Source: an uncultured Verrucomicrobiota bacterium
GTDB lineage: Bacteria; Verrucomicrobiota; Verrucomicrobiia; Limisphaerales; VHCN01
DNA length: 64,000 nt
Reading direction: 5' to 3'
NCBI GenBank assembly: GCA_964589935.1
Contig: CAZPVD010000008.1
Coordinates: 48,596 to 112,595 of the forward strand
Shown one piece after another: positions 38,901-47,629 of this stretch. Numbering within the stretch: position 1 is the first letter of the stretch; every line of letters begins with the position of its first letter. The notes under the pieces are model-generated. The model was not told where the DNA came from, did not search any database, and was given only the letters and a program-made list of their open reading frames with translations. Both the position numbers and the translations under genes were made by a program.

Positions 38901-39224
38901 GGTTTCGAGCACGAGTTTTTCCTCGGCGGTAGTTTCGTTGTGGCATGCGAGACATTTCGCGCGGAGGATCGGCAGCACTTCCTTCTCGAAGTCCACAGCC
39001 TTCGAATGCTTGATCTTCGCGATGGCGATGGACTGGTGCGCGTCGGATTTTGGCGCGTCCTTCGGCTCATCCTTCGTGGCTTCCTTCTTCGGCGAAGTTT
39101 TTGAATCGGCGGCGAACGAAGCCGCAGCGGCGAACGCCAGCGCGAGCGCCAACGAAACACACATTGCGGGTGAATGAACGACGGATTTTTTGGATGGCAA
39201 CGACTCGGTCATAAATGGAAACAA
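35973..39224 (-). CDS. Secreted planctomycete-type cytochrome c domain + WD40-repeat protein with long coiled-coil insert
   Basis: Signal-like ALALAFAAAASFAA, VDFEKEVLPILRAKCLACH (CxxCH), many WD40 blades (..SPDG..ASG..D..VKLWD), Ala/Lys/Glu-rich insert of about 250 aa; start uncertain. Confidence 0.85.
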   Translation of the reverse strand: MFPFMTESLPSKKSVVHSPAMCVSLALALAFAAAASFAADSKTSPKKEATKDEPKDAPKSDAHQSIAIAKIKHSKAVDFEKEVLPILRAKCLACHNETTAEEKLVLETPKDILRGGDSGPAAKARKSADSLLIKLASQQKKPYMPPPKNKVGAANLTSEELGLIALWIDEGAKGEVKGAGPIAWQPLPPGLNPIYSVALTSDGQFAAAGRADQIFIYHVPSSNLVTRLVDPAMAKIPGKGSVAHRDMVHSLAFSPDGTLLASGDYRQVKLWRRPVNVQKEKLAGAAEKSFSVVAASPDGQWLASAGDDNSIKLWNLVSGKVAKTLAKHSAPVTSLKFTPDSAKLISGSTDKFVRVWNVADGAVFAEAELPAEVNAVTWAADAKQVAAGCADNLIRVLKLPDAAGGKLEAVKELKGHTKAVTALDTVGTNGAQLLSGSADGNVTLWDLEKGTAIRSMSQGGPVVAVASRADGKTFASAGLTNSVAKLWNAADGKLIADLKGDRYAQEAQAAREADAAFAAGEVTYRKGNLKTAEDNQKQRDDAVKKATDEKAALEKTLPEKKKALDEAKAKKDPVEKEVETAKAAEAKAKEAKDANDKILASADADTKAATNKVAMAKSEVEKIAADKKAKAKDKEAAQKSLAEAEKAVADLTAKIKAANESKTNLDKVFTDASAKLKESNDKLTPLAKTFTDAEKEVKKFTTAEENLQLAQTAAKKTADATAAAKGELASAEETQKKADAEAAAAKKAATETEKAIRAIAFSPDNRTVATAGEDGLVHTWSAETGAPVEVLKGHGGSVASLAFTRAAVLASGSADKSAVLWDLNPAWTLERVIGTGEAGSPLSGRVNSLDFSPDGKLLATGSGDPSRSGQLKIWNVADGSLMTEIKNAHSDTVLGVDFSPDGKRLVSGAADKFVKVWDIAEGKLVKSFEGHTHQVLGVSFRREGRTIASAGADNNIKIWSLETGEGKKTIGGSQKEVTSLCYVGTTDQFVATSGDARVRLVNENGSDVRNFSGSSDFVYSAAVKPDGKLVVAGGQDSVLRIWNGANGNLLAAFEPPKVEGASAITQAPLPVMAKPDKKGAKKK

Positions 39225-39233
39225 ATCAGTGCG

Positions 39234-42185
39234 TTACTTCTTTGGCTTCTCGACCGCCGCGACCTTGAGGGCGAGCGGCTGGTCCACGGTGAGGTTCTGG
39301 TTGTTGAGCTTGAGCTGGGCCTGCACGGTGAGCTTGTGCTCGCCGGGCGTGGCGTCGGCTGACGCATCGAGCACGAGCTTCGCCTGCGTCTGGTCCTTCG
39401 CTATGGTGACTTTTGCGGCGCTCACGCCCTTGACGCCGCCGGGCAATGTGAGCGCAACATCAACCGGATCAGCATAGCCGTAAAGGCGCGTGATTTTCAC
39501 CGGCACCTCAATTTTCGCGCCCTGCGAAACCTGACCTGAAGGCGTGCCGAGTTCGAGCGTGATGGGAGCCGGCGCGATCTTGATGTGAATCGGCGGCGAA
39601 TAAACCGAGGCAAGCACATCCTTGGGCTTCGCGACATCCGCGGCGGCGGTGGCCTTGGCCTTGAGCATGTCGCGCTTAGCTTCTGCGGCCTTTTGTTTTG
39701 CGACGGCCTCCGTGTTCGCCTTTTCTGCCGCGGCCTTTGCATCGGCCGCAGCCTTTGCCTTTGCAGTCGCGTCCGCAGAAACCTTCGCGGCATCCGCGGC
39801 AGCCTTCGTGAGATTTTGGTCCTGCGCGCTTTTCTCGGCGGCGCTCTTGGCTTGCGCGGCTTTTTCTGCCGCAGCCTTCGCGGCGGCATCGGCTTCCGTC
39901 TGCGCCTTCACCGCGGCGGCAAGTGCGTCTGCCGCCTTCTTCGCGGCGGCGGCAAGATCGGTGGCTGTTTTCTCCATCGCCTTCGCGTCGTCGTCCGCCT
40001 TCTTTGCGCCTTCGGGGTTGTTGCGATATTTGCCCTGCGCCTGCGTCTGGAGGTAGAACACATGCTCGCCCGGCGGAATCTTGAACTGCGCGAGGTCAAT
40101 CTCCAGCGTCGCGTTCGTCGCCTTGCCGTCCACGGCCAGTTCCTTCATCGGATCGAGCGCCGCGATGCCGACGGCCTTGAGGTTGAGGTTCTGCGCGAAA
40201 TCGCCGCGCCGCACGACGCGCAGCGGAATCTGCATCTTCGCGGCGACGGAATTTTCAAACGTCTTGCTCTCGACCGGCTCGACCGAGATGGGCGCGGCCT
40301 CGACGCCGCTGACGGACAACACCACATCGCGCACGAGCCGCGAATACACAGGCTCGGCCTGCATGTCGGCAACCGTCCAGACTGGCGAGCCACCGCGCGC
40401 CTCGCGCGCGACCTCCGCGTCGCCGACCTTCGCCTTGCCGATAATTTTCAGCGGACCGGTCCACGCGTCGGCGCTTTCGCTCGCGGTGAGCAGCAGCGTG
40501 CCGACGTTCTTCCCGCCGGGAATGACCGCCGTGCTCGCGGTGACGCCCGCGGGCAGGCCCTCGGCGTTCACGGTGATGTCGCCGCCGAAATTGTCGCGGC
40601 GGAACGCGATCACGCGGACGGGCTGCGTCTCGCTCCGGCGCAACAGCGGCTTGCCGAAGTCCACGGATTTCGTGTCCTTCTTCACCGGCATCTGCGCGGC
40701 GGGCATGGCGACAAGGCGGAAGTCCGGCTGCTCCTTGCGGATCGCGAGCCGATACACAAAACGCGGATCACTGATCGTGTGGTTGAACATGTCGCGCACG
40801 ACGATGCGATACGCGCCGTCCTCCTTCGCCTCGAAGCGCCCAGCCGGGTCGCGCGAGGACGTGTTGAAATCCGCCGAAGCGCTCAAGTTCACGTCCTGGT
40901 CCGAAAGTTCGAGCACTTCGCCCGCCGTTTCCTCGCCCTTGTCGTTCTTCGTCACGCGCTGGATGACGACAATCGGGTCGGTCGGCAAACCAAGCCGCGA
41001 CGAGATGACCTCGACCCAGAACACGTCGCCCTTCTTCGCGTCGAAGGCGAACCAATCCTCGTCGCGCGCCGGGTAAAGCTGGCCGACGATTTCCGCCGGC
41101 AATGAAATCTTCTGCGCCTGCACTGGCTTGCTATTAGGCTCGGCCTCGTGAACGACCGGCGCGGTGGCAAAGGTGATGAGCGCGGGATTCGAGACACCCT
41201 GCGGCGTGCTCACGCGATACTCGAAGCCGTCGAGCGCGGCATCGCTCGGCCGCATCTGCGCGCTGCTGGCGAGACGCAGGCGCATCGCGGGATCCGCCGG
41301 AACGTCAATGTCCACCGTAATTTTTTCAAGCGGCTTGCCGTCAACGGCCTTCAGATTCGCTGGCATTCCGCCGGGAAGATCTCTTCCGTAGAGCGTGAAC
41401 TTCGTCTTCGTGCCCGGCTGGCCACACGGCGGGAAAACGAAATCAATCCACGGCCCCGTCGTGACCGAGAGCCGGTAGAAATACTCGCCGCCGCCGCCGA
41501 ATGTGACGTCATGCACCTTCGCAACGAGCGTCATGTCCGCCAGCGCCGTGAAGTCGAGCAGGCCGCCGCGGCGCGCGCGGTCCAGTTCGCGGTTGTCCGC
41601 ATCGTAGAGCACAAGCACGGCGTCCATGCGCGAGTCAATTTCACGCGAGCGGCACTCGATGAGGACGCGCTGGCCCTTCTTCGCGGCGAACTTGTAGTAG
41701 TCCGCGTTGTTCGCGTCCGCGCGGCCGTTGACGGTGGAGTTCATCGCCAGCTCCATCGCGCCGGCAAACGTGTTGTTTGTCGTGGCCTCGTTCACCTCGG
41801 CCAGCGCGCCGACAACGAACGCGCGCGGGTTCGAGATGCCGAACCGGCCCACGACGCGCGCCTCATACACGCCGGGAGGGACGTTCGCGGCGATGTTCGC
41901 GGTGAACGTGTTTGCCACGGGCTGGTCGCCGTTCTTCTTCTGTATCGCGGTGATGCTCGCGTGTGAAAACACAATCCGGTCAGCCTCGTCGAGGTCCGCG
42001 CCGGTGATCGCCAGCTCGATTCCCGCGCCCGCCTTGCCGCCGGGCGGAAAGACGGTGAAAAGCTTGGTTTGAGGCAGCGTCGTCTGCGCCTGCACGGTGG
42101 CAACGAGAAGCGCGGCGGACAACACGAGGAGCGCCGCGCGCGGCGACAATTTAAGTTGGATGATCGGCTTCTGCATGGCTGTCAC
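39234..42185 (-). CDS. Secreted PPC-domain / Ig-like repeat protein (planctomycete type)
   Basis: Signal peptide, VFPPGGKAG, RFGISNPRAF, EAEPNS, DEDWFAFDAKKG, YRLAIR PPC-like motifs; Ala/Lys-rich insert. Confidence 0.8.
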   Translation of the reverse strand: MTAMQKPIIQLKLSPRAALLVLSAALLVATVQAQTTLPQTKLFTVFPPGGKAGAGIELAITGADLDEADRIVFSHASITAIQKKNGDQPVANTFTANIAANVPPGVYEARVVGRFGISNPRAFVVGALAEVNEATTNNTFAGAMELAMNSTVNGRADANNADYYKFAAKKGQRVLIECRSREIDSRMDAVLVLYDADNRELDRARRGGLLDFTALADMTLVAKVHDVTFGGGGEYFYRLSVTTGPWIDFVFPPCGQPGTKTKFTLYGRDLPGGMPANLKAVDGKPLEKITVDIDVPADPAMRLRLASSAQMRPSDAALDGFEYRVSTPQGVSNPALITFATAPVVHEAEPNSKPVQAQKISLPAEIVGQLYPARDEDWFAFDAKKGDVFWVEVISSRLGLPTDPIVVIQRVTKNDKGEETAGEVLELSDQDVNLSASADFNTSSRDPAGRFEAKEDGAYRIVVRDMFNHTISDPRFVYRLAIRKEQPDFRLVAMPAAQMPVKKDTKSVDFGKPLLRRSETQPVRVIAFRRDNFGGDITVNAEGLPAGVTASTAVIPGGKNVGTLLLTASESADAWTGPLKIIGKAKVGDAEVAREARGGSPVWTVADMQAEPVYSRLVRDVVLSVSGVEAAPISVEPVESKTFENSVAAKMQIPLRVVRRGDFAQNLNLKAVGIAALDPMKELAVDGKATNATLEIDLAQFKIPPGEHVFYLQTQAQGKYRNNPEGAKKADDDAKAMEKTATDLAAAAKKAADALAAAVKAQTEADAAAKAAAEKAAQAKSAAEKSAQDQNLTKAAADAAKVSADATAKAKAAADAKAAAEKANTEAVAKQKAAEAKRDMLKAKATAAADVAKPKDVLASVYSPPIHIKIAPAPITLELGTPSGQVSQGAKIEVPVKITRLYGYADPVDVALTLPGGVKGVSAAKVTIAKDQTQAKLVLDASADATPGEHKLTVQAQLKLNNQNLTVDQPLALKVAAVEKPKK

Positions 42186-42259
42186 TCCAGTTCAGACCCC
42201 GCACGGGCGGAGTTTCTTCGACGAAATTTTGCGCGTGACACGGCGAACAACACGCGGCC

Positions 42260-43654
42260 TCACGAAGTCAGTTCGTCAATCGGCGTGCCATACGGCAGCA
42301 CCGGATGCGGACGGCCCTGATGATCTTCATACTGCGCGGTCACGTCCACGCCGAGGTGGCGATACATCGTGGCGAGCACGTCCTGCGGTTTCTTCGGGTT
42401 GTCCTTCGGCTCGCCACCCTTCGCGTCGGACGAGCCGACGACGCGGCCGCCCTTCACGCCGCCACCCGCGATGGCCGCGCTGAAAACATTCGGCCAATGG
42501 TCGCGTCCGCCGGTGCCGTTGACCTTTGGCGTGCGGCCGAACTCGCCCCACGCGATGACCATCGTCGAGTCGAGCATTCCGCGCGCCTCAAGGTCCTCGA
42601 TGAGCGCGGTGTAAGCGCGGTCCCAGCGCGGCAGGAAACCGTCGCGCATCGTCTCGTAGCCCTTCACGTGCGTGTCCCACCAGCGCAGGTCCACGGTCAC
42701 GAGCCGCACGCCATACTCGACGAGCCGGCGCGCGAGCAGGATGCGCTGGCTCCACGCGGGCACGCCGCAGCGGTCGGGCGTGGGCGCCTTGTATTCGGCC
42801 ATGAATCCGTAACGGTCGCGAACCTTCTGCGGCTCGGCGTCGAGATTGAAGCCGTCGCGCGCCGCGGCACCGGTGACAATGTCCCACGCCTGCTGTTGAA
42901 AACTGTCAAGCGCCTCCATCTGCCCGCTGGCGTCGGCCTCGCGGCGAATGCGGTCAATGCCGCTGATCAAAGATTTGCGCTCCGCAAGACGGTCGAACGA
43001 AAGCCCGTCAGCCAGCTCGAAGTTCGGCACGCTGAACGGACCGTCCTTCGCCGGGTCGGCCTGCGTGGCGAACGCGGCGTATTTCTGCCCGAGATACGCC
43101 GAGCCGCTGCCGGGCAGGTCGCGCGGGATGATGACGTAGGGCGGCATCTTCGGGTTCAGGTGGCCGAGTTGTTTCGCCACGATGGAGCCGCAGCTCGGAT
43201 AGACGTTCACGTCCGGCTGCCCCGCGTTGGGCGGATAACCTGTGAAGAGAATCTGGTCGCCCGCCGAATGCCCCGCGTCCGTGTGATACAGGCTGCGGAT
43301 GATGCTGTATTTGTGCTGAATCTTCGCGTGCATCGGCAGCAAATCACAAATCTGGATGCCGGGCACGCTGGTGCTCATCGCGCCGAATGCGCCGCGATAA
43401 TCCTCCGGCGCGTCGGGCTTCGGATCCCACGTCTCATGCTGGCTCGGCCCGCCGCGCATCCAGAGGATGATGACGGACTTGTCGCGCGAGGTCGGCTTGC
43501 CCGCGGCGCGTGCCGACGACTCGAAGCGAAGCAGGTCCGCGAGGCCGAATCCGGCGCAGCCGAGAAATCCAGCCTTCAAAAAGCCGCGCCGGTTCTGCCG
43601 CAGCAAGCGGCGGAACTCGGGGCAACCGATGCGATTGGGCTGTTCCGAACTCAT
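42260..43654 (-). CDS. DUF1501-family protein, Tat-type signal (divergent copy 6)
   Basis: QNRRGFLKAG twin-arginine motif, [31 protein letters not shown]; real start at 43654 within ORF 42260..44671. Confidence 0.88.
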   Translation of the reverse strand: MSSEQPNRIGCPEFRRLLRQNRRGFLKAGFLGCAGFGLADLLRFESSARAAGKPTSRDKSVIILWMRGGPSQHETWDPKPDAPEDYRGAFGAMSTSVPGIQICDLLPMHAKIQHKYSIIRSLYHTDAGHSAGDQILFTGYPPNAGQPDVNVYPSCGSIVAKQLGHLNPKMPPYVIIPRDLPGSGSAYLGQKYAAFATQADPAKDGPFSVPNFELADGLSFDRLAERKSLISGIDRIRREADASGQMEALDSFQQQAWDIVTGAAARDGFNLDAEPQKVRDRYGFMAEYKAPTPDRCGVPAWSQRILLARRLVEYGVRLVTVDLRWWDTHVKGYETMRDGFLPRWDRAYTALIEDLEARGMLDSTMVIAWGEFGRTPKVNGTGGRDHWPNVFSAAIAGGGVKGGRVVGSSDAKGGEPKDNPKKPQDVLATMYRHLGVDVTAQYEDHQGRPHPVLPYGTPIDELTS

Positions 43655-43665
43655 GCGATTGTCGC

Positions 43666-46203
43666 TCAGTGGTTGAACAAAAATTCCTTGCTGCTCACAA
43701 GCGCCCACACGATGTCTTCGTAGGCTTGGCGCTTGGCGGCGGGTTTCTTCGCGGCGTCCTGCTCCTTCTTCATCACCTTCTCGATGTGCTGCTTGGCCAT
43801 CTCGGTCTCGTAGGATTCGGGGTTGCGCGCGTAGGCCCACTCGTAGAGTTCGCGAAGCTTGTCGTCGTCGCTGCGCTTGTCGTCCGTGGCGAGCAGGGCT
43901 GCGCGGCCGTTGTTGTCGGCGAGCTTGTTCTGGATGTCCTTTGAGTTGAGCAGGTGCAGGCTCTGCGCAAGCGAGGCGTCCTGCGAGCGCTCGCATTCGC
44001 ACGAGCTGGAGGAATCGGGGCGGCCGAACACGGTCAGGAAGTAGGAGCCGGCGTTGAAGCTGTTGTCCGGCAACTGCACCGCGCGCGTGCCGGGCGGCAG
44101 GCCGCCCCAGCTTGGCTCGGACTTTGTGACGGTGTTGATGGCGTCGAAGAGCACCTCGGCGGTGAGACGCTTCGGGTAGTAGCGCGAGTAGTATTGCTTG
44201 TCCACCTTGTTGAAGTCGTTCGGGATCGCACTCAACTGATACGTCGTCGAGCGGCAGATCACACGCACGAGGTTCTTCATGTCGAAGCCCGACTCGACAA
44301 AATACTTCGCCACCGCATCGAGCAGCTCGGGATTCGTCGCCGGATTCGTCTCGCGCATGTCGTCCTCCGGCTCGACGAGGCCGCGGTTGAAGAAGTGCTT
44401 CCAGTAGCGGTTCACGAGCGACTGCGCGAAGAAGCGGTTGTCCTTCGCGCTCATCCAGTCCACGAGCGACTGGCGAGCGTCGTCGTCGGGAATCACATCC
44501 AGCGGCACCGCGCCGAGGCCGGCGGGCTTCACGGTCTGGCCGTTCTTCTTGTTCTGCGCGGACGGCGTGGAGCGTTTCGTGAAAACCACTTCCTCGCCCG
44601 GCTGGCTGCTCGGCTTGCGGCTGACCTGCGAGAAGAACGCGCCGAAGCTGTAGTAGTCGGCCTGGCTCCACTTTTCATAGGGATGATGATGACACTGCGC
44701 GCACTGGAGGCGCGTGCCGAGGAAGAGCTGCGCGGTGTCCTCAAGCTGCGTGGTCATGGTGTTGACCTGGCGATACCACGCGACGGGCGGGTTGTTCCCG
44801 ATGTCGCCGGACGCCGCGAGGATTTCGCGCACGAACTGGTCGTAGGGCTTGTTGACCATGAAGCTGTCGCGAATCCAGTTGTAGAAGGCATAGGTGCCGT
44901 GCGTGTGCGTGGGCTGGGCGCGCTTGTTGCGCAGCAACGCGGCCCATTTGTTCGCGAAGTAATCCGCGTAGTCCGAGCTGTCGAGCAACTGGTCAATCCA
45001 CTTGTCACGCTTCGCCGTGTCCTTGTCCGCGAGGAACTTTTCCACTTCAGCCGCGGTTGGCGTGCGGCCCGCGATGTCGAGCGTGACGCGGCGCAGGAAC
45101 GTCGCGTCATCGCAAATGCCCGACGGCGGCATGCCGACCTTCACGAGCTTCTTGAAGACCAGTTCGTCAATGAAGTTGTTCGCCACGGGCAGACGCTCGA
45201 CCGGCGCGCCGAGCGGCACCGTCGCGCGGAACGTGGTGACCCTGCCCTGATAACGCACCATCACGGCCACGTCGCCCGTCTGGCCGGTCATCTTCACGCG
45301 GCCGTTGTTTTCCGTGGAGGCGATGTCCTTGTCGTTCGGTTCGTAGAGAGCGCCGCGCGTGACATCCTCGTAGTGGCCGTCGGTGTATTGCGCAAGCACG
45401 AGGAGCTGCTGGTCGCCGTCCTTGTCCATCGTGCGTTCCTTCGGGAAGACTTCAATGCGCGACACCGTCGGATCCTTCGCGTCGCCGTAGGGCATCCCTT
45501 GCGCAATCCAACGCTTGACGAGTTCATAATCAAAGGAGCCAACCTCAAGCCGTTTGCCGCCGCCGTGCGGAACAACCGATGCGCCCTTCACGAGAAGCAG
45601 GCTCTGGTCCGGCGCGGGCGGGAACAGGCGGCGTCCGCGCGACTCCTTCACGAGATGCTCGTAATCCTCCGTCGGCTCGAAGCCGAGGAGTGAGAGCTTG
45701 AAGCCGTTCTGTCCGCTCGCCTTGCCGTGGCATCCGCCGCCGTTGCAGCCGCCCTTGGTGAAGATGGGCACGATTTGGTTCGGAAAGTTCACCGGGTTGA
45801 CGAGCTTCGCATTTTCAACAGTGACCTCAATCATCGCGGACGCGCCTTCCTTCGCCTTCGCGGTGATGACCGCCTTGCCGTCGGCGACGGGTGTCACGAG
45901 GCCGTCCCTGTCAATCTTCACAATGTTTGCCGGCGCGACGGTGTAGGTGACGGCTCGCGTGTAGTCGCGTTCCATGCCGCCGGCGAACTTCGCGGTCGCA
46001 AGCAATTGCTGCCGCGCGTCGCTGCCTTTGAGGTGGATGCCCTTGGTATCGGCGGCGTCGCCAGCTTGCAGGACGAGCGAGCCAAGTTTATCAACGGGCT
46101 TCGGCGCGTCCTTTGATGCGGCGAACGTCGTCACTGCAAACGTGGCCGCAATGCAGACAGCGCCCGCCGCCGCGGAGCGGAATGAACAGTTCTTCAGTGC
46201 CAT
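43666..46203 (-). CDS. DUF1549/DUF1553 (PSCyt2/PSD1) protein with Ig-like (Big_2) domains and heme-binding motifs
   Basis: Sec signal, GCNGGGCHG, FLRRVTLDIAGRTP, LQCAQCHHHP, NRYWKHFFNRGLVEPEDD, FGRPDSSSSCECER, SSKEFLFNH end. Confidence 0.9.
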   Translation of the reverse strand: MALKNCSFRSAAAGAVCIAATFAVTTFAASKDAPKPVDKLGSLVLQAGDAADTKGIHLKGSDARQQLLATAKFAGGMERDYTRAVTYTVAPANIVKIDRDGLVTPVADGKAVITAKAKEGASAMIEVTVENAKLVNPVNFPNQIVPIFTKGGCNGGGCHGKASGQNGFKLSLLGFEPTEDYEHLVKESRGRRLFPPAPDQSLLLVKGASVVPHGGGKRLEVGSFDYELVKRWIAQGMPYGDAKDPTVSRIEVFPKERTMDKDGDQQLLVLAQYTDGHYEDVTRGALYEPNDKDIASTENNGRVKMTGQTGDVAVMVRYQGRVTTFRATVPLGAPVERLPVANNFIDELVFKKLVKVGMPPSGICDDATFLRRVTLDIAGRTPTAAEVEKFLADKDTAKRDKWIDQLLDSSDYADYFANKWAALLRNKRAQPTHTHGTYAFYNWIRDSFMVNKPYDQFVREILAASGDIGNNPPVAWYRQVNTMTTQLEDTAQLFLGTRLQCAQCHHHPYEKWSQADYYSFGAFFSQVSRKPSSQPGEEVVFTKRSTPSAQNKKNGQTVKPAGLGAVPLDVIPDDDARQSLVDWMSAKDNRFFAQSLVNRYWKHFFNRGLVEPEDDMRETNPATNPELLDAVAKYFVESGFDMKNLVRVICRSTTYQLSAIPNDFNKVDKQYYSRYYPKRLTAEVLFDAINTVTKSEPSWGGLPPGTRAVQLPDNSFNAGSYFLTVFGRPDSSSSCECERSQDASLAQSLHLLNSKDIQNKLADNNGRAALLATDDKRSDDDKLRELYEWAYARNPESYETEMAKQHIEKVMKKEQDAAKKPAAKRQAYEDIVWALVSSKEFLFNH

Positions 46204-46252
46204 AATTTTCCTGTGCTTCGTTTATTTGTGACGCTCGCGCGACAAGGTTTAA

Positions 46253-47545
46253 TCAGAGAAGTTCCTTGATCGGCTCATAATTATCCACGAGGTAGTGCGG
46301 CCGGCCGGCGAAATCGGCAATGGTCTGCGTGTTCGGATCGAGGCCGCAGTTGCGATAAAGCGTGGCGATCACCTCGCAAAGATGCACGGGACGGTCGTTC
46401 GCCTCGCCGCCGAGCCGGTCGGTCTGGCCGAGCACCTGGCCGGTCTTCATGCCGCCACCGGCGAGCAGCGCGCTGCCGACGCGCGACCAGTGGTCGCGGC
46501 CTGCGGTGCCGTTCACGCGCGGCGTGCGGCCGAACTCACCCCACACCACGACGCTTACGTCCTTCGCGAGGCCGCGCTCGTGCAGTTCCTCGACGAGCGT
46601 CGTGACGCCGTGGTCAAGCTGTGGAAGCTGGTTGCGCAGGGTTTGGAAGTTCTGCTGGTGCGTGTCCCAGCCGCCGAAATTGAGCGTCACGCAGCGCGCG
46701 CCCGCCTCGACCAGCCGCCGGGCGAGGAGGAAGTTTTCCAGACCGCGCCTGCTCTGCACCGGCGCGTTGTAGCGCTCGACGACCTTCGGGTCTTCCTTCT
46801 TGAGATCGAGCGCGGTGACGAGCCTGCTGGACGTGATGACTTCAAACGCCTTCTGGTTGAAGCCGTCAAGTCCCTCCATCAACTTGCTCGCGTCCGCGTC
46901 GCGGCGGAATTTGTCGAAGCCCGTGAGGAGCGCCTTGCGGTCATCGAGACGGTCGAGCGTGACGCCGTTCAACACCATGTCGGTCTTGCCCGGTCCGCTC
47001 GGCTCGAATGAGCCGTGCGCCGCGCCGGCGTAACCGCTCGGCGCAGTCTTGCCACTCAACCCAATGAACGCCGGCATACCTTCGCCCGCCGGGCCTTGAA
47101 GCTTCGAAAGCGTCGAGCCAACCGAAGGCCATCCGCCGGGCGGCTGGTTCTGCTCGATGCGTCCGGTCATCGTCTGAAATGAACTGTGCTGGTCCACCTG
47201 GCCGACGAGCGCGCGGATGGGGACGAACTTGTCCATGTTCGCCGCGAGCCGCGGCATGTGTTCGCAGATGCGGATGCCGGGCACGCACGACGGGATGGCG
47301 TTGAACTCGCCGCGGATTTCCGAGGGCGCGTCCTCCTTGATGTCATACATGTCGAGGTGCGACGCGCCGCCGGGCAGGTAAATCATGATGACCGACTTGT
47401 TCGACGCGCCAAGGCCGGCCTGCGCGTCAAGCCGGAAAAGCGAGGGCAGCGAGAACGCGCCCATGCCGAGCGCGCCGATGCGGAGGAAGTTGCGCCGCGA
47501 GATGCCGTCACAGAACGGCTGCGATTTGCCAAGGATGGTCAACAT
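46253..47545 (-). CDS. DUF1501-family protein, Tat-type signal (copy 5)
   Basis: [38 protein letters not shown]. Confidence 0.9.
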   Translation of the reverse strand: MLTILGKSQPFCDGISRRNFLRIGALGMGAFSLPSLFRLDAQAGLGASNKSVIMIYLPGGASHLDMYDIKEDAPSEIRGEFNAIPSCVPGIRICEHMPRLAANMDKFVPIRALVGQVDQHSSFQTMTGRIEQNQPPGGWPSVGSTLSKLQGPAGEGMPAFIGLSGKTAPSGYAGAAHGSFEPSGPGKTDMVLNGVTLDRLDDRKALLTGFDKFRRDADASKLMEGLDGFNQKAFEVITSSRLVTALDLKKEDPKVVERYNAPVQSRRGLENFLLARRLVEAGARCVTLNFGGWDTHQQNFQTLRNQLPQLDHGVTTLVEELHERGLAKDVSVVVWGEFGRTPRVNGTAGRDHWSRVGSALLAGGGMKTGQVLGQTDRLGGEANDRPVHLCEVIATLYRNCGLDPNTQTIADFAGRPHYLVDNYEPIKELL

Positions 47546-47629
47546 AGGTTTTGTGCGTTTTCGTTTCGTTCAACTGCCCTGCCCAGCCGCGCCCGGCCAC
47601 TCAGCCGGACACACTCACTTCACCCGTGC

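Noticed and set aside
42260-44671. 803-aa ORF suggesting a DUF1553-DUF1501 fusion or programmed frameshift
   Set aside because: The upstream ~340 codons overlap the DUF1549/1553 gene in another frame and read as low-complexity Arg/Ala/Pro; the DUF1501 has its own ATG and Tat signal at 43654, and the upstream gene ends normally (EFLFNH-stop).
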